DNA of 64,000 nt from Nemertoderma westbladi (taxonomy: Eukaryota > Animalia > Xenacoelomorpha): NCBI GenBank assembly GCA_032718475.1, contig JAUCBJ010006899.1, positions 1 to 64,000 on the forward strand, in the 5' to 3' direction. The position numbers and the translations under genes are program-made. Positions within the stretch are counted from its first letter, which is position 1, and each line of letters opens with the position of its first letter. Positions 33,501-43,260 of the stretch are shown one piece after another. The notes under the pieces were generated by a model. The model had not been told where the DNA came from, ran no database searches, and saw nothing but the letters and a program-made list of their open reading frames with translations.

Positions 33501-36459
33501 TATAGTGGTCAATACAGGTTCTCCTAAACTCGTCTATGTCTGGTGGTTCTACTAACGGTGGTTGAGTTATAGGCTGTAATTCGTCGTATCTGTCCATTGG
33601 CTTGTCGCCACCTGTAAACTCATAAGACATGGGTACTCTTGTATACCAACCTAGTATGGTCCTATGGGCATGTGGTCCATTGACATGCGGCTCAGCCGGT
33701 CTCGTTTCCCATATCTGGTGTGCGATCAGCTGTTCTGCACCAATCAACATAGAAACATTCCTATAACCTACCTGGTGTCTCGGTATCCTGAGCTTGTCAA
33801 AATACTCCTGTGCTATGGGACTCATCGGCGGCACCTTACCTAACTGCCTGCCGAATCCCTTCATAGCTAGACACTTAAATCCGTCCAATGGCAAAGCTTT
33901 CCGTTCTTGTCGAGTGTGTTGGTCTCTCGGAAGTAGGGAATCTAGTTCTACCGAAATTCTGTGTCCCTTGAGGTCTCCTACCCCATGCATAGACTTCAAC
34001 TCTATTTGGATCTCCTCGGCGTCCTGGAAGCTAGAAACAGCTCTCGCCACTTCCTCGTCGATATAGGATAATGTGGACGCAGTGTCCAACATCACATATA
34101 TTCGCTTCGATCCCTTATCGCCAGTGAGTTTCACCGGAATCACGCTAAATATTTCCGACGTGGCCGATGATAAATACGTCCGCGCGCTGGTCGATGAACT
34201 ATCCGCGGTGAAACCTTGGCAGGTCACTTCTCTCGCGCTCGACTCGCCATCCTCGTCCGACGAACCTGGTTGGTAACCATCGTCCTGAATGCCGGTGTAC
34301 ATATTCCTTCTTATCGATACGGGTTCTTTGCTCCCCTTCCTGTGAGGATTTCGCTGTAAGTAACGGTCCGTTGGGGTATGGAAATCCGCATGTAGCAACT
34401 TGTGATGTAGTCTGCCGCATTCCATGCATCCGTCCTTGCTGTTCGGGCACTGCCGCCGTACATGTCCTGGCGCAAGACATGCCCAACAGGTGTCCAACGT
34501 CCGCACTTGAACTCTTCTCTGTTCCGAATTTAATTCCTTGAACCGTCTGCAACTATCCAACTTATGGTCGTCAGATCTTACCTCCTTTAGTAAACAGTAT
34601 TGGCAACCTACAAATCCATCCGGCAACTCCTGTTGCTTTAACCTAGGTCTATCTAACCGCTCACCTGACCATACTCGCGAGTCTGATCTAAAGGCTGGGG
34701 TATTCGAATTATATCTGTCTACTGAGTTATAAGTCACAGTGGTCCTGTCATCGTCAAAACTTACCATAGACTTACCGGTAACAGGTTTAGACTCCCTCAT
34801 ATTCTCCTCTGAGAAGTTTGATTTCATCTCTGCTACTGCGTCTGTGGCTATCATGTCATGAATATGCTGAAGTGTCAATACCTTACCTTGGCCCTCCAAC
34901 TTATTCTCTAATTTGCGCCATTTCTGTCGATAACGCATGTTTAAACGTCTTATTACGCTCTTTAAAACTTCGGCGTGATCACCATGATGAGGTAGATTCA
35001 CCGTCTTCAAGATGTCCAATGCGTTCGAAATAGCGTTCGCTAAGTTCAACAGCTCTAACGGAGTTGTAATCCTTCCGCCCTTACCCAAGTCTTCTACTAT
35101 CGACTGCGCCATTTTCGTTTTATTCCCGTAGATGTCGCTAAGCGTCTTCATCGCTAATTCGAATGCCCGTTCATTGCCGACGAAGTTATCAGCAATGGCT
35201 CTAGGTTCTCGATGGAGCATCTGAAGCAAATAGTTGAACTTCTCGTTGGGAGTAAAGGTGCTGTTGGTTAGCTGCTCGTCGACATAGGTTTTGAAGGTCC
35301 TCCAATGCTTATGGTTACCCATAAACTTCTGGGGTTGTTGCGTCGGCAGTCCTTGCCTAGCAGCAAACTTACCTATGTCCCTAAGGGTTGCGTCGTTCCG
35401 GGTTAACAAATGGTTTAGTTCCGCAGGGTTGTTAAGTCTGGTCCTTTCCCGGTGGTTCCAACTTACCTGCTCCGCGTCCGTCCTTCTTTCCTTATAGTTT
35501 CGGGACTTCTGACGTCTCATTTCTTCCTCTTCATCGCTTGACTCGGTGTCAGTCCTTAGCGCTCGCGATGGTTTGCGCGCCGAGGCCCTGACCCAAGCTT
35601 CCTCAATAAATCTTTCCGCCGAATTTTCGAAATTGGGATTATGGATATTCGGGACAGGCGTCCTTACCTGAGGTCTATGTGGTATAGTCTCCTCCGATAT
35701 ACGTACTCGTTGACTAGGCTGGACTTTATCTAATTCAGGCCTGCTGGGATTTGAATTACTTCTTACCTGGGCTGCTTCCTTTAACCGTAGGTTGCTAAGC
35801 ATGTCCGTTATAGGTTGGATGTGCGGCGATATAGCTTGCGCTAAACTAGCACTTAACTCATCTCTCGTAATAAATTCCTGGCTAGGGTTCTGTTGTATAG
35901 TCGGCTCTATCTGAGTAATCCGCTGTCTCTCATATGATCCCTCTTCCGGTTTAACCCGGAAGTTCTCCGTCGAACTGGGTCGGCGCTCCGTCCGCGTATT
36001 CCAAACCCGCGGGTTCGGTTCGCCAAGTACTCGTCCTGTCGGAGTTTCTCTAAACTCTCCGTTGTCGCGTTCGGTGTATAGTGGTGCGGTGTTCCGATGA
36101 CGTAGATCCTGGGCGATGGGTGAAGCACTAATACCAACTGGCGTGCGATATGTAGAGAACGGTTTAGCGATCCGTGTACTCGTAATAGCTGGACCGGGTA
36201 TAGGAATTCTGGTCGTCGTCGACTCGCGTATAGTCGGAGTTCTCGCTTCCTGTTCGGCCTTCTGCAGTGCGAACAGTTCTCGCAACTCAGTCCCTACACT
36301 CGCCCCACATTCTTCGATCATTCGCATCCCCTTCTCGGCGATTTCGTTCGCCTTCCTAGTCCGTTCTTCGCTCTCTAAACTTAATCTCGCACTTTCCAAC
36401 TGCGCCAGTTTACGTTCTTCTTCTTCCCTCGCTCGTCTCGCTGCGCCCTCTTCTTCCAC
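30514..36459 (-). CDS. BEL/Pao gag-pol: DUF1759 gag, three Zn knuckles, protease, RT, RNase H, integrase N-terminus
   Basis: QKFMGNHKHWRTF..EKFNYL; CQYC..HKLDSC, CWACLAPGHVRRQC, CMECGRLHHKLLH; MLDTAST; YYLPHH, KVRVVND, GPNL, DIEAMFHQV, LRFLW, FYMDD; FSDAS, PRAELQA, WTD, NPAD.SRG; IHKRLHHAG. Confidence 0.97.
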   Translation of the reverse strand: MEEEGAARRAREEEERKLAQLESARLSLESEERTRKANEIAEKGMRMIEECGASVGTELRELFALQKAEQEARTPTIRESTTTRIPIPGPAITSTRIAKPFSTYRTPVGISASPIAQDLRHRNTAPLYTERDNGEFRETPTGRVLGEPNPRVWNTRTERRPSSTENFRVKPEEGSYERQRITQIEPTIQQNPSQEFITRDELSASLAQAISPHIQPITDMLSNLRLKEAAQVRSNSNPSRPELDKVQPSQRVRISEETIPHRPQVRTPVPNIHNPNFENSAERFIEEAWVRASARKPSRALRTDTESSDEEEEMRRQKSRNYKERRTDAEQVSWNHRERTRLNNPAELNHLLTRNDATLRDIGKFAARQGLPTQQPQKFMGNHKHWRTFKTYVDEQLTNSTFTPNEKFNYLLQMLHREPRAIADNFVGNERAFELAMKTLSDIYGNKTKMAQSIVEDLGKGGRITTPLELLNLANAISNALDILKTVNLPHHGDHAEVLKSVIRRLNMRYRQKWRKLENKLEGQGKVLTLQHIHDMIATDAVAEMKSNFSEENMRESKPVTGKSMVSFDDDRTTVTYNSVDRYNSNTPAFRSDSRVWSGERLDRPRLKQQELPDGFVGCQYCLLKEVRSDDHKLDSCRRFKELNSEQRRVQVRTLDTCWACLAPGHVRRQCPNSKDGCMECGRLHHKLLHADFHTPTDRYLQRNPHRKGSKEPVSIRRNMYTGIQDDGYQPGSSDEDGESSAREVTCQGFTADSSSTSARTYLSSATSEIFSVIPVKLTGDKGSKRIYVMLDTASTLSYIDEEVARAVSSFQDAEEIQIELKSMHGVGDLKGHRISVELDSLLPRDQHTRQERKALPLDGFKCLAMKGFGRQLGKVPPMSPIAQEYFDKLRIPRHQVGYRNVSMLIGAEQLIAHQIWETRPAEPHVNGPHAHRTILGWYTRVPMSYEFTGGDKPMDRYDELQPITQPPLVEPPDIDEFRRTCIDHYSDFSESDEELIPDNVRLSEPLHNDRTDSEPEDYCYQTRGSGSAAHATYLTNVLTYTDIVEGQAAKYRDLDIFQYSEEELQKELIRQDLETGARTVEWLDRDAMEPGGYDLAMSTDEKRSLEMMEDTIRLLPTGHFEVGMLWRRQPPKLENNYSLALKRLNGVRARLLKNPDIREKYCAQINNYFAKGFAGKVEDPDLVTDQTYYLPHHYVTHPDKPDKVRVVNDCAAVYRGMSLNSELMDGPNLNNYLIGILLRFRQRRFAFTCDIEAMFHQVRACKADQDSLRFLWFENEDLSGPVVTYQMYVRIFGARDSPNGTLFVLKKTATAQIGKYPVEVIESILRNFYMDDGLVSKDTAEQAIEVAHGLQECLATGGFPLTKFTTNSEALLESFPVKDRGSGDIELGVEPIPMARVLGLAWNPNSDKFQVRVRFEPSSPDKVLTKRICLSTLSRLFDPMNFISPVILQARACMRKIWLSDLEWDEPISPIHAKQWREWEAELHLLKNIDVPRSYFPNQLVFPTDLERHLFSDASDTGFGMVAYLRREVSQDKFETAFVTSRSKTMPVKYMTVPRAELQAAVVSVEVSKQITEELDTTLTLFYWTDASLVLVYIAADNIALKTFVANRRAQIVDFSTKEQWRHCPGVLNPADITSRGAMPAEFCQEESQEFWLHGPDFLTRTQEHWPERLKIVTNPMPEDAEVKVEKVSKSKSKAKLKSLERPEESLERPEELLERPGDLSDQQTYVTTRSGRVSYDVKPPLQTKPESQLVSDGQKMTDKMESLVSKPAGLDSKLPLVSGQPSLALESCSVYDKLLNSSASWLTICKRTAWLSRYVSYLCIKYSKHLREPLSTNSERIRKLKQPLTEDEIDQAELKHLKHYQMCAFPKEFHLLSAQRPVLYKPLRKWSPLIHKGLICHRSRIQTVDINSQFRFPVIIPSYPMELQRAILWDIHKRLHHAGKLHCLSAARQRFILLQPSRAVRRLSGLQEGEHQSIGTGDG

Positions 36460-37911
36460 TCACGACCTTTCTTCATACAATGCGCGTCTTCTTTTCTCGA
36501 TCTCGAGTTCGCGTTCCTTGCGTCCGCGTTCAAGTTGAAGCTCGCGCTCCTTCTGTTCACGATCGAGTTTCTTGCGCTCGCGTTCGGCTTGGAGTTCGCG
36601 TTTCTTCGCTTCCTGTTCGCGTTCGAGTTGGAGTTCGCGTTTCTTCGCTTCCCGCTCGCATTCAAGTTGGAGTTCGCGTTCTCTCTGTTCGCGTTCGAGT
36701 TCCTCGCGCTCGCGCTCGGCTTGGAGTTCGCGTTCCCTTTGCTCGCGTTCCGCTCGCTCGCGCTTACTTATCTCTTCCAACTCTCGTAACTCTGCGTCAA
36801 ACTTACGTGTGCGCTCCCGTTCCCGCTCGGCTTCCTTCCGTGCTTCCTGTGCACGCAAAACTTCCGCCTGCTGTTCGTCTAGTCGGCGTCTTCTCTCCTC
36901 CGCCGAGTTGTGAGAAACAAGGGATCTAGCACATATTACCTTACCTCGCGTGTGACTAACCTGGGAATCGCCGCTGTCTCTAGATGCATCGTCGGGTGGA
37001 GTTAACGTCCTCTGTTGGATGTTCTCCGTCGTCGGTAGCACCTGGCCTGGTACCACCACTCCATTCTGCATCAGCCAGCTAGTAACTTCCCTCTGATAAC
37101 GGCGCTCTTCCTTATCTTGGATCTCTTCCCGCTCCACTAAGTCTCTTAACTCTGCGTCACTCACCTGAGTCGCCTGCGCTTGTGATGCCCATAGCAGCCA
37201 GTTCTCCGTCCTAACTCGTCGGAATCGCTCCGATAACTCGCGGTGCTCTAACAAGGCTGCTAAAACCCTGTCGTAAATCCTCGTCGCCACGTCGCTTGAC
37301 TGAGACTCCACTGCCTTCTTCGCTAGGACTGCAAGCTCCTCCGTCTGCTTGAATAACGCTGAGTTATATCCTCTTCTAATCTCTGCTAACTCTACCCTCC
37401 CGATGTTCGCTGGGTCAGCTAACATCTTCCTTACCTTGTCCGCCGTCCGAGTTATATGTCCGGCATGCGCGCGAAGTTTCTTCTTTATCGCGATATCGAA
37501 CTCTCTATCACTCACCTGACTTACGCTCGGTGGACTTGAAGGATTATTTCGGGAACTACGGGTACTCCTTACAGCCGTCGGGACCACGGCACTTACCATA
37601 CCCACAGGTCTGGAAACCGGGCTCCGGGCTCTCGCTTCTGCTACACTACCCTCCCTATCACTCACCTCTGTCCGGGCTGCTGTGCAGTCCTTCCTTACAG
37701 TAGCGGTAGGGGATCCTAATACTATTACTTGAGGTTGTTGTTCTTCCTCACTAGTCACTGTCTCGTCCTCCTGTTCACTTACGTCAGCGTCGCTCGCTGC
37801 GTCGTCATAGTCGGCATTGTCATCAACAGTAATGTTTACGCTATCGTCAGTCGGCGGTCCAGCCGCCGTCTCGTAGCTGTCCTCTAGTGCCTCTTTGTCT
37901 GAGACACTCAT
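36460..37911 (-). CDS. N-terminal gag extension (acidic, helical, E/R coiled-coil repeats), in frame with gag-pol across one TGA
   Basis: First ATG at 37911 (MSVSDKEALE). The stop TGA at 36460-36462 is followed directly by GTG GAA in the same frame (EERS*VEEE). Confidence 0.8.
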   Translation of the reverse strand: MSVSDKEALEDSYETAAGPPTDDSVNITVDDNADYDDAASDADVSEQEDETVTSEEEQQPQVIVLGSPTATVRKDCTAARTEVSDREGSVAEARARSPVSRPVGMVSAVVPTAVRSTRSSRNNPSSPPSVSQVSDREFDIAIKKKLRAHAGHITRTADKVRKMLADPANIGRVELAEIRRGYNSALFKQTEELAVLAKKAVESQSSDVATRIYDRVLAALLEHRELSERFRRVRTENWLLWASQAQATQVSDAELRDLVEREEIQDKEERRYQREVTSWLMQNGVVVPGQVLPTTENIQQRTLTPPDDASRDSGDSQVSHTRGKVICARSLVSHNSAEERRRRLDEQQAEVLRAQEARKEAERERERTRKFDAELRELEEISKRERAEREQRERELQAEREREELEREQRERELQLECEREAKKRELQLEREQEAKKRELQAERERKKLDREQKERELQLERGRKERELEIEKRRRALYEERS

Positions 37912-39207
37912 AGTCCAAATAATATTTGCCTTCCGGCAAAAATCTCTCGCAAAGTTCGAGATATAATTATAATTTAACCGAAATACGGTCAAATTATTTG
38001 TCAAATAATCAGTTGGTCCAAAATGTCAAAATAAATTCGCAATGCAATATTGCGAATTTAATGGGGTATATAGTTATAGCAAATACTAGCACAATATTTA
38101 AACAAAATATTATTATATAGCTACTATATAATATTAAATACCGGTATAGCACAAAATAACTCTGAATCTAATACAAAATATTCAAAATAAACTTGCCGCC
38201 CGAATATTTCTAATTTTATATATAGCTCTAATCAACGTAATTTTAGTTTCAAATATTATATGTATCCACTAGCGCGTGGCTACATCTTCGGGTTGCGACT
38301 CTCTCTAACTCTCTCTCTAACTTGAGCGATTCAAAACCATGGCCGGCTAAACCTAAATATCCTAACTAATAAATTGAGTTCAGCTTCGCAGTTAAACAAC
38401 CGATAATTTTTTACTGCTTCCACAAACACACCGGCGCCAACAGAACAACTAACCTTGTTTGCTGTGAGATTCCACGTCCGCGTCCAAAGATTCAGGCCCT
38501 TCGCTGATTGCAAACCGAACCCGCAGACCCACACGAACCCCAAACTCAGAAGTCCCGTCTTGCCATGTATCTCCAGATGGTATAAAATAACTAAGCGGTT
38601 ACCTAACATACCGTTACAAAACTCTAGAATTTTACAAATAATTTTGACCGAAACTGAATTCTCGCAAACCTAGCTAATAATTTTCAAAAAACTTACTAAT
38701 TACAGTTTGCCCTAAGGCCTAAGGAACTGCTGTATTCGCAATTAGCAAAACGCACTACCGTACATCCACTGTATGCAGTACAGTAAGTAAAACAGTACAC
38801 CAACCTAACAGCCTAATGATACTGTGTGTGGTACGGCAAACAAATGTCCTTCTACCGTACGCAGTAACAGCAATCAGCCTAATGTACTACTGTACTAGTG
38901 TACGCAGCCAGTGAATACAGTAATATAAACTAACAGCCTAAAGGAATATACTCAATGTTCTACCGTACGCTAGCCTATAGCCTACAGCAGACGATCACGT
39001 GCTCCAATTTATTGCCTAATACTATGATACTACTATCAGCCTAAGAATACTCTATCTGCCTTACTGTACGCAGTACAGCAAAGCAATACAGCACGTATCA
39101 CTGATACAAAGTATCAGTGATCTAAACTAACAGTAGTCTAAACTAACAGCCTAAGAATACTCTATTTACTGTACGCTACAGCCTACAGCAAACAAAACAC
39201 GTATCAC

Positions 39208-41371
39208 TGATAAACAACCGCGACCTCTATACTAACAGCAGAACTGTTGAACAGACTAATACCCGTTAATATCCTTCTGCCAACCTAGTAAGTTCTCGTC
39301 TAACCAATAAGACACAAAGACTGCTCTACTGTTAAGTAAAGGGGCTCAGGAGCGTGATATTACTAAATTGTAAGGGTTGCTAAATACAAAACCGCTACTT
39401 ACCGTTAGATGGCGCTAATCTGCCGTCCGCTAATATATTTACTAATTTTACACAACTCCTGCAAAATCGCTTGTTCCTTTCTCTACCGATTGCTCAATAG
39501 AGAGCTAACTGTTCGAATCTATGAGCCACGCAGGAATAACCAAAACAATAAACCCGAGTCGGCTCCCTAAGCTTACTTAAGACGAGTGCGAGAGGCCTTG
39601 CACTCAGAGTATTCTTACGCCTAATTTTATCACTATTAAAGCACGCTATTACCTACGTCTTTCTAATCGCGAATACTGGGGTTTCTCTAACGTAATGTGT
39701 GAATGCGAGAATATTTAAATATCAAAATGGTACAGTAATTGTCTCTCGTGGATAGTACCACTCTGGGTCTAAAATTGCCTGCAGCTGGCTTTAGGCCAGC
39801 AAATCACTAGCGTTTCGTGCGTACCGAATAGTGCGTTCTAGCTGATTGCCCGCTAATGCAAATAACCGCTCAGCGTGAATAGTTTACAGTACACTAATTA
39901 TTACCTTAGCTACTCTCCGCTATGCTGCGTACTAATTCTTAATTTTTTACTAATTAATTACAGTCACAAATATTTAACAGCGTACTAATTACTAAGAGTT
40001 CCAGAATACGTAATTCTAATTTATCACGCAACAGGTTTCGCTAGTAATAGCCTAAATTGCCGTATTACTTTGACCTAATCAGTAACTAATTGTTGTAACT
40101 AAGAAATAGAAACCAATCAAAGAGAAAAGAGCGCCTACCTAAACATTCACAATCATAGGCACACTTCAATAACACACCAATCAGCGTTAGAAATCACAGT
40201 TTACAATTATGCAATTCACTACTCGTACTCCACACTCAACGTTCGAAACGTTATGATACGTGCAGGCCTCTCCCGGGTACATATAGGACTCCTAACTAAC
40301 CTGATTCCCGCCCCCCTAATACTAAATAGAGACGAAACCTGGATCATCAGCCCCCTAATTACCGTACCGGCGATTGGTCTGCGTACCACAGCGTTAACTT
40401 CCCGACCGCAACGGTGACCCCACGCCAGCGTTGCTCGCTTTGAATCCTCCGCTCTCCCTTAGTCGCCCAACCCCCCGATGTGCCCACCGCCCGCTGGCGC
40501 CTTAGCCCTCCATTACGCTAATAGCTACCGTAGCGGCGCATGCAAATCACAAAGTCTGACAGTCTCAGAAATCCCTTAGGATTATTGCGCAGAAAAGAAT
40601 CACATAGAACCATTAATCAAAGGTAGAAATCATAGTTCAATTGTAATTAGCAGTAATCGAAGGAATTATTGAGAAACACAAGCAAGTAATCGCACTAGCA
40701 AATCATTTCACGAAATTAATCAAATTAGCAAATTGCAGAAAGTACGATATCCTAATACAAAATTAGAGACAGCTCAACAGCAGTGAGAATGTGTCATGTG
40801 AGTGAGAGATTGATGATAGGCTCTACCGGCACACCGCCAATTTATAGGTGATCCGGGTGGGATGATGCAATAGGGTGACTCAATCGCTCTCCTATTGGCT
40901 CTCCAGTCCATGCTAGCATTAGACCAACCTGGAAGCAGTTAATCCAATAAGGAGGCCGGATTGTAGCCCTATTGCTCAAATTATTACCATATATGGTAAT
41001 GGATCACGTCTCTGGCTGCTGAATGGCCAGGACGGCGTCCCTATGCTAGCCCTATCAAACTAATATCAGCAAGCACAAAATCCAGGGTCCGAGTAAACTC
41101 GCTACCCTGGGACTATCTACATATATCCTAATACAAAATTACGTAGGTAGGGCTACATACTATACAAAATGGATGGTTTCAAATATATGGGCGTTTTGAT
41201 TTCCCTACCTAAATACCACTGCGTTATTATGCCTTATCTAAAATATCATGCTGCACAACGGACTAATATTACGTACAGTATAACGGACTAATATTGCATA
41301 CTGCATAACGGACTAATACTGCATACAGTATAACGACTAATAATGTGGATACAGCGCCATATACCGTAACA
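39208..41371 (-). repeat. 5' LTR of the BEL/Pao element
   Basis: Direct repeat of 22388-24551, followed by TSD TCATG. Carries three to four ~25-bp tandem units (AACGGACTAATA) near its U3 start. Confidence 0.97.
40836..41000 (-). promoter_or_regulatory. Putative LTR promoter: CArG box in an 18-bp palindrome, CCAAT boxes, TATAAA
   Basis: ATTACCATATATGGTAAT at 40983-41000 (CCATATATGG fits CC(A/T)6GG); minus-strand TATAAA at 40841-40846. Both are conserved in the diverged solo LTR (19347-19364 and ~19208-19213). Confidence 0.55.
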
Positions 41372-41599
41372 TCATGCTTGACCTGGGGTAGGTTTTTAGC
41401 AGTTTTAATTTAGAAAATGACCGTTCTGCTGTAATTTTCAATTCAATTTCAATTTCAATCCGGGATAGGCCCGGGCCTTTAATTTCGGAAGTTCACCTTT
41501 CGACATCTTATATATTGCAAAAAACCCAACACCAAAGGTCACCATAAAATGTTTAAGGTTGATCAGTATTTATTCATGAATGTGGGTGATATGATAGGC

Positions 41600-43260
41600 C
41601 TAATGATAATATGTCGTAGCCGTAGTCATCTAATGCGATCCATGTAGAAATAGACAGACGTATACTGCTTCATTTCATCACTAAGACGACTGCAGCTGCG
41701 CATCCATGTATACACCTCTGTGGAATCTACCGACTTTGGTGGATCTAGATCACCTGCTCATCTGCAGCATCCAATCCAAAACTATTTTCCGTCCTAAATG
41801 AGTTCTAATGAATAAGTTCTTGTCAATGTATTGCTGAACTGTCTTTTCAACTCACTCAAGATGTGATTGATAAATGGCAAAAATACAGTAACTGTATTCT
41901 ATGCCCTGGCAGGATTAGCACGATTGCATAGCACCCAACTATTCTCGGAATCGTGATGTCCTGATTTATTTCTGTAGCAATATTTTTAGCTTCTGTAAAT
42001 ATTTTACTAGAGACGGGCCTAGCGGCCCGTGAAGCAAGTCGTAGGAGACAGTACGAGTCAAGTAAAAGCTTTTTGTTCTGTCTGATAATAAATTAGTGTG
42101 AGCGTAGTCCCGGTGGTGTGCGATAAATTTTCTAGACAACTTCAAACTATAATTATTATGTTGTAATCATCTAATGAATTATAAAAGCTGTTGTGATTAT
42201 AGAAGATAGAGAGCAGTTAGCGAAATGATTATTTTGTTCTATCGGATAGAGTAGTCAGAGAGGAGTCGAGGTGTCAATTGATTAATAATAATAACAGCAG
42301 TTGTCATGAATTCAAAACCATCGCGCACAAGAAGTGATTAGACAAATTCTTTCTTATTTTTGTAATAAATAAAACAAGTTGAGATGTTTCAATGTAAAAC
42401 GCGATTAACAATTTACACTGTTCAATGTAAACCACGATATTAATTAAATACAACAATTATATTATTATTATAACAGATTTTTATATTTCAAACTATAATG
42501 TTAGCCTTATGGAGAATCATTATGAGGATGAGTAAGCATGCAGCCTCCACAGTATTAATGTTGGCACAAAGATTTCAAAATAAAACAATAATTAGATGAG
42601 AGCAATCAATAATAGCCACCACACTGTGTAACTAACAGTTATTTAGCTTGCACGCCAATTAATTAACATTGGGAAGAGTTATTCAGCTGAGACTGTAATA
42701 GCCAGCTAAACCAGTTAATGTTTGCTTACTGTCTGGGTTGTAGAGTAGAGTGATAATACTTGCACAGAAAGTACTGCTTTGTTAGTTGGTATTGAATGCA
42801 TTACCAGGCCATCTCTATACATTTTTCATGAGTGCCAGCTTGTGTTTTTATCATTGCGTCTATGGCAATTTTCGTGTTTTGGGGCTATTTTTCGAAATAA
42901 AACAAGTTGAGATGTTTCAATTTAAACCGCAAATTCACTTAGAAATCTATTTTCATGGTTCATGCAAATTTTCATCAAAATCGTTAGCGCCGTTTTTGCT
43001 CAAGGTCAGTAGCCAGTAGTCCGTAGCTTTTTGTTCTTAAAGTAATAAAATAAAAAATAAAATAATCAAGTCTAACTAACGACTTGCTAACTAAATGATA
43101 CCTCATACTGTAGTTTTCCCTTATTGACTTGAACGACTTTATCTCTTCATGAAATGTGCATATGCCTGTCCAATATTGTTTCTGCAATTCTGTAGGGCCT
43201 CGTTCAAAACTCTTTGCTGAAATGAACTAACAGCAGTCTTTAGTGAAATGATTACATTGA
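41600..43260 (-). pseudogene. hAT transposase relic interrupted by a HINE
   Basis: Minus strand ALQ...IGQAY..EEIKSFKSIRENYSMRYH joins across the insertion to KIFTEAKNIATEINQDITIPRIVG..., then a frameshifted FLPFINHILSELKRQFS, a typical hAT C-terminal region. Confidence 0.6.
42006..43094 (-). mobile_element. Helentron-associated non-autonomous element (HINE/DINE-1-like)
   Basis: 10-bp subterminal IR AGCAAGTCGT (42033-42042) / ACGACTTGCT (43079-43088); extra short IR beside the 5' subTIR; 3' hairpin ACGGGCC-TAGC-GGCCCGT (42013-42030); CTAGT terminus; no TSD; AAATTTTCATCAAAATCG core. Confidence 0.75.

Larger units (their letters stand above)
22388..41371 (-). mobile_element. Full-length BEL/Pao LTR retrotransposon (18,984 bp) with extra cargo ORFs
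   Basis: Two 2,164-bp LTRs; 5-bp TSD TCATG at 22383-22387 and 41372-41376; gag-PR-RT-RH-IN order with BEL-specific motifs; short purine tract GGAGCGG before the 3' LTR (24552-24558, minus). Confidence 0.97.

Noticed and set aside
31470-36929. Numerous plus-strand ORFs of 60-150 aa overlapping gag-pol
   Set aside because: Antisense shadows of a GC-richer coding region with no recognisable motifs.
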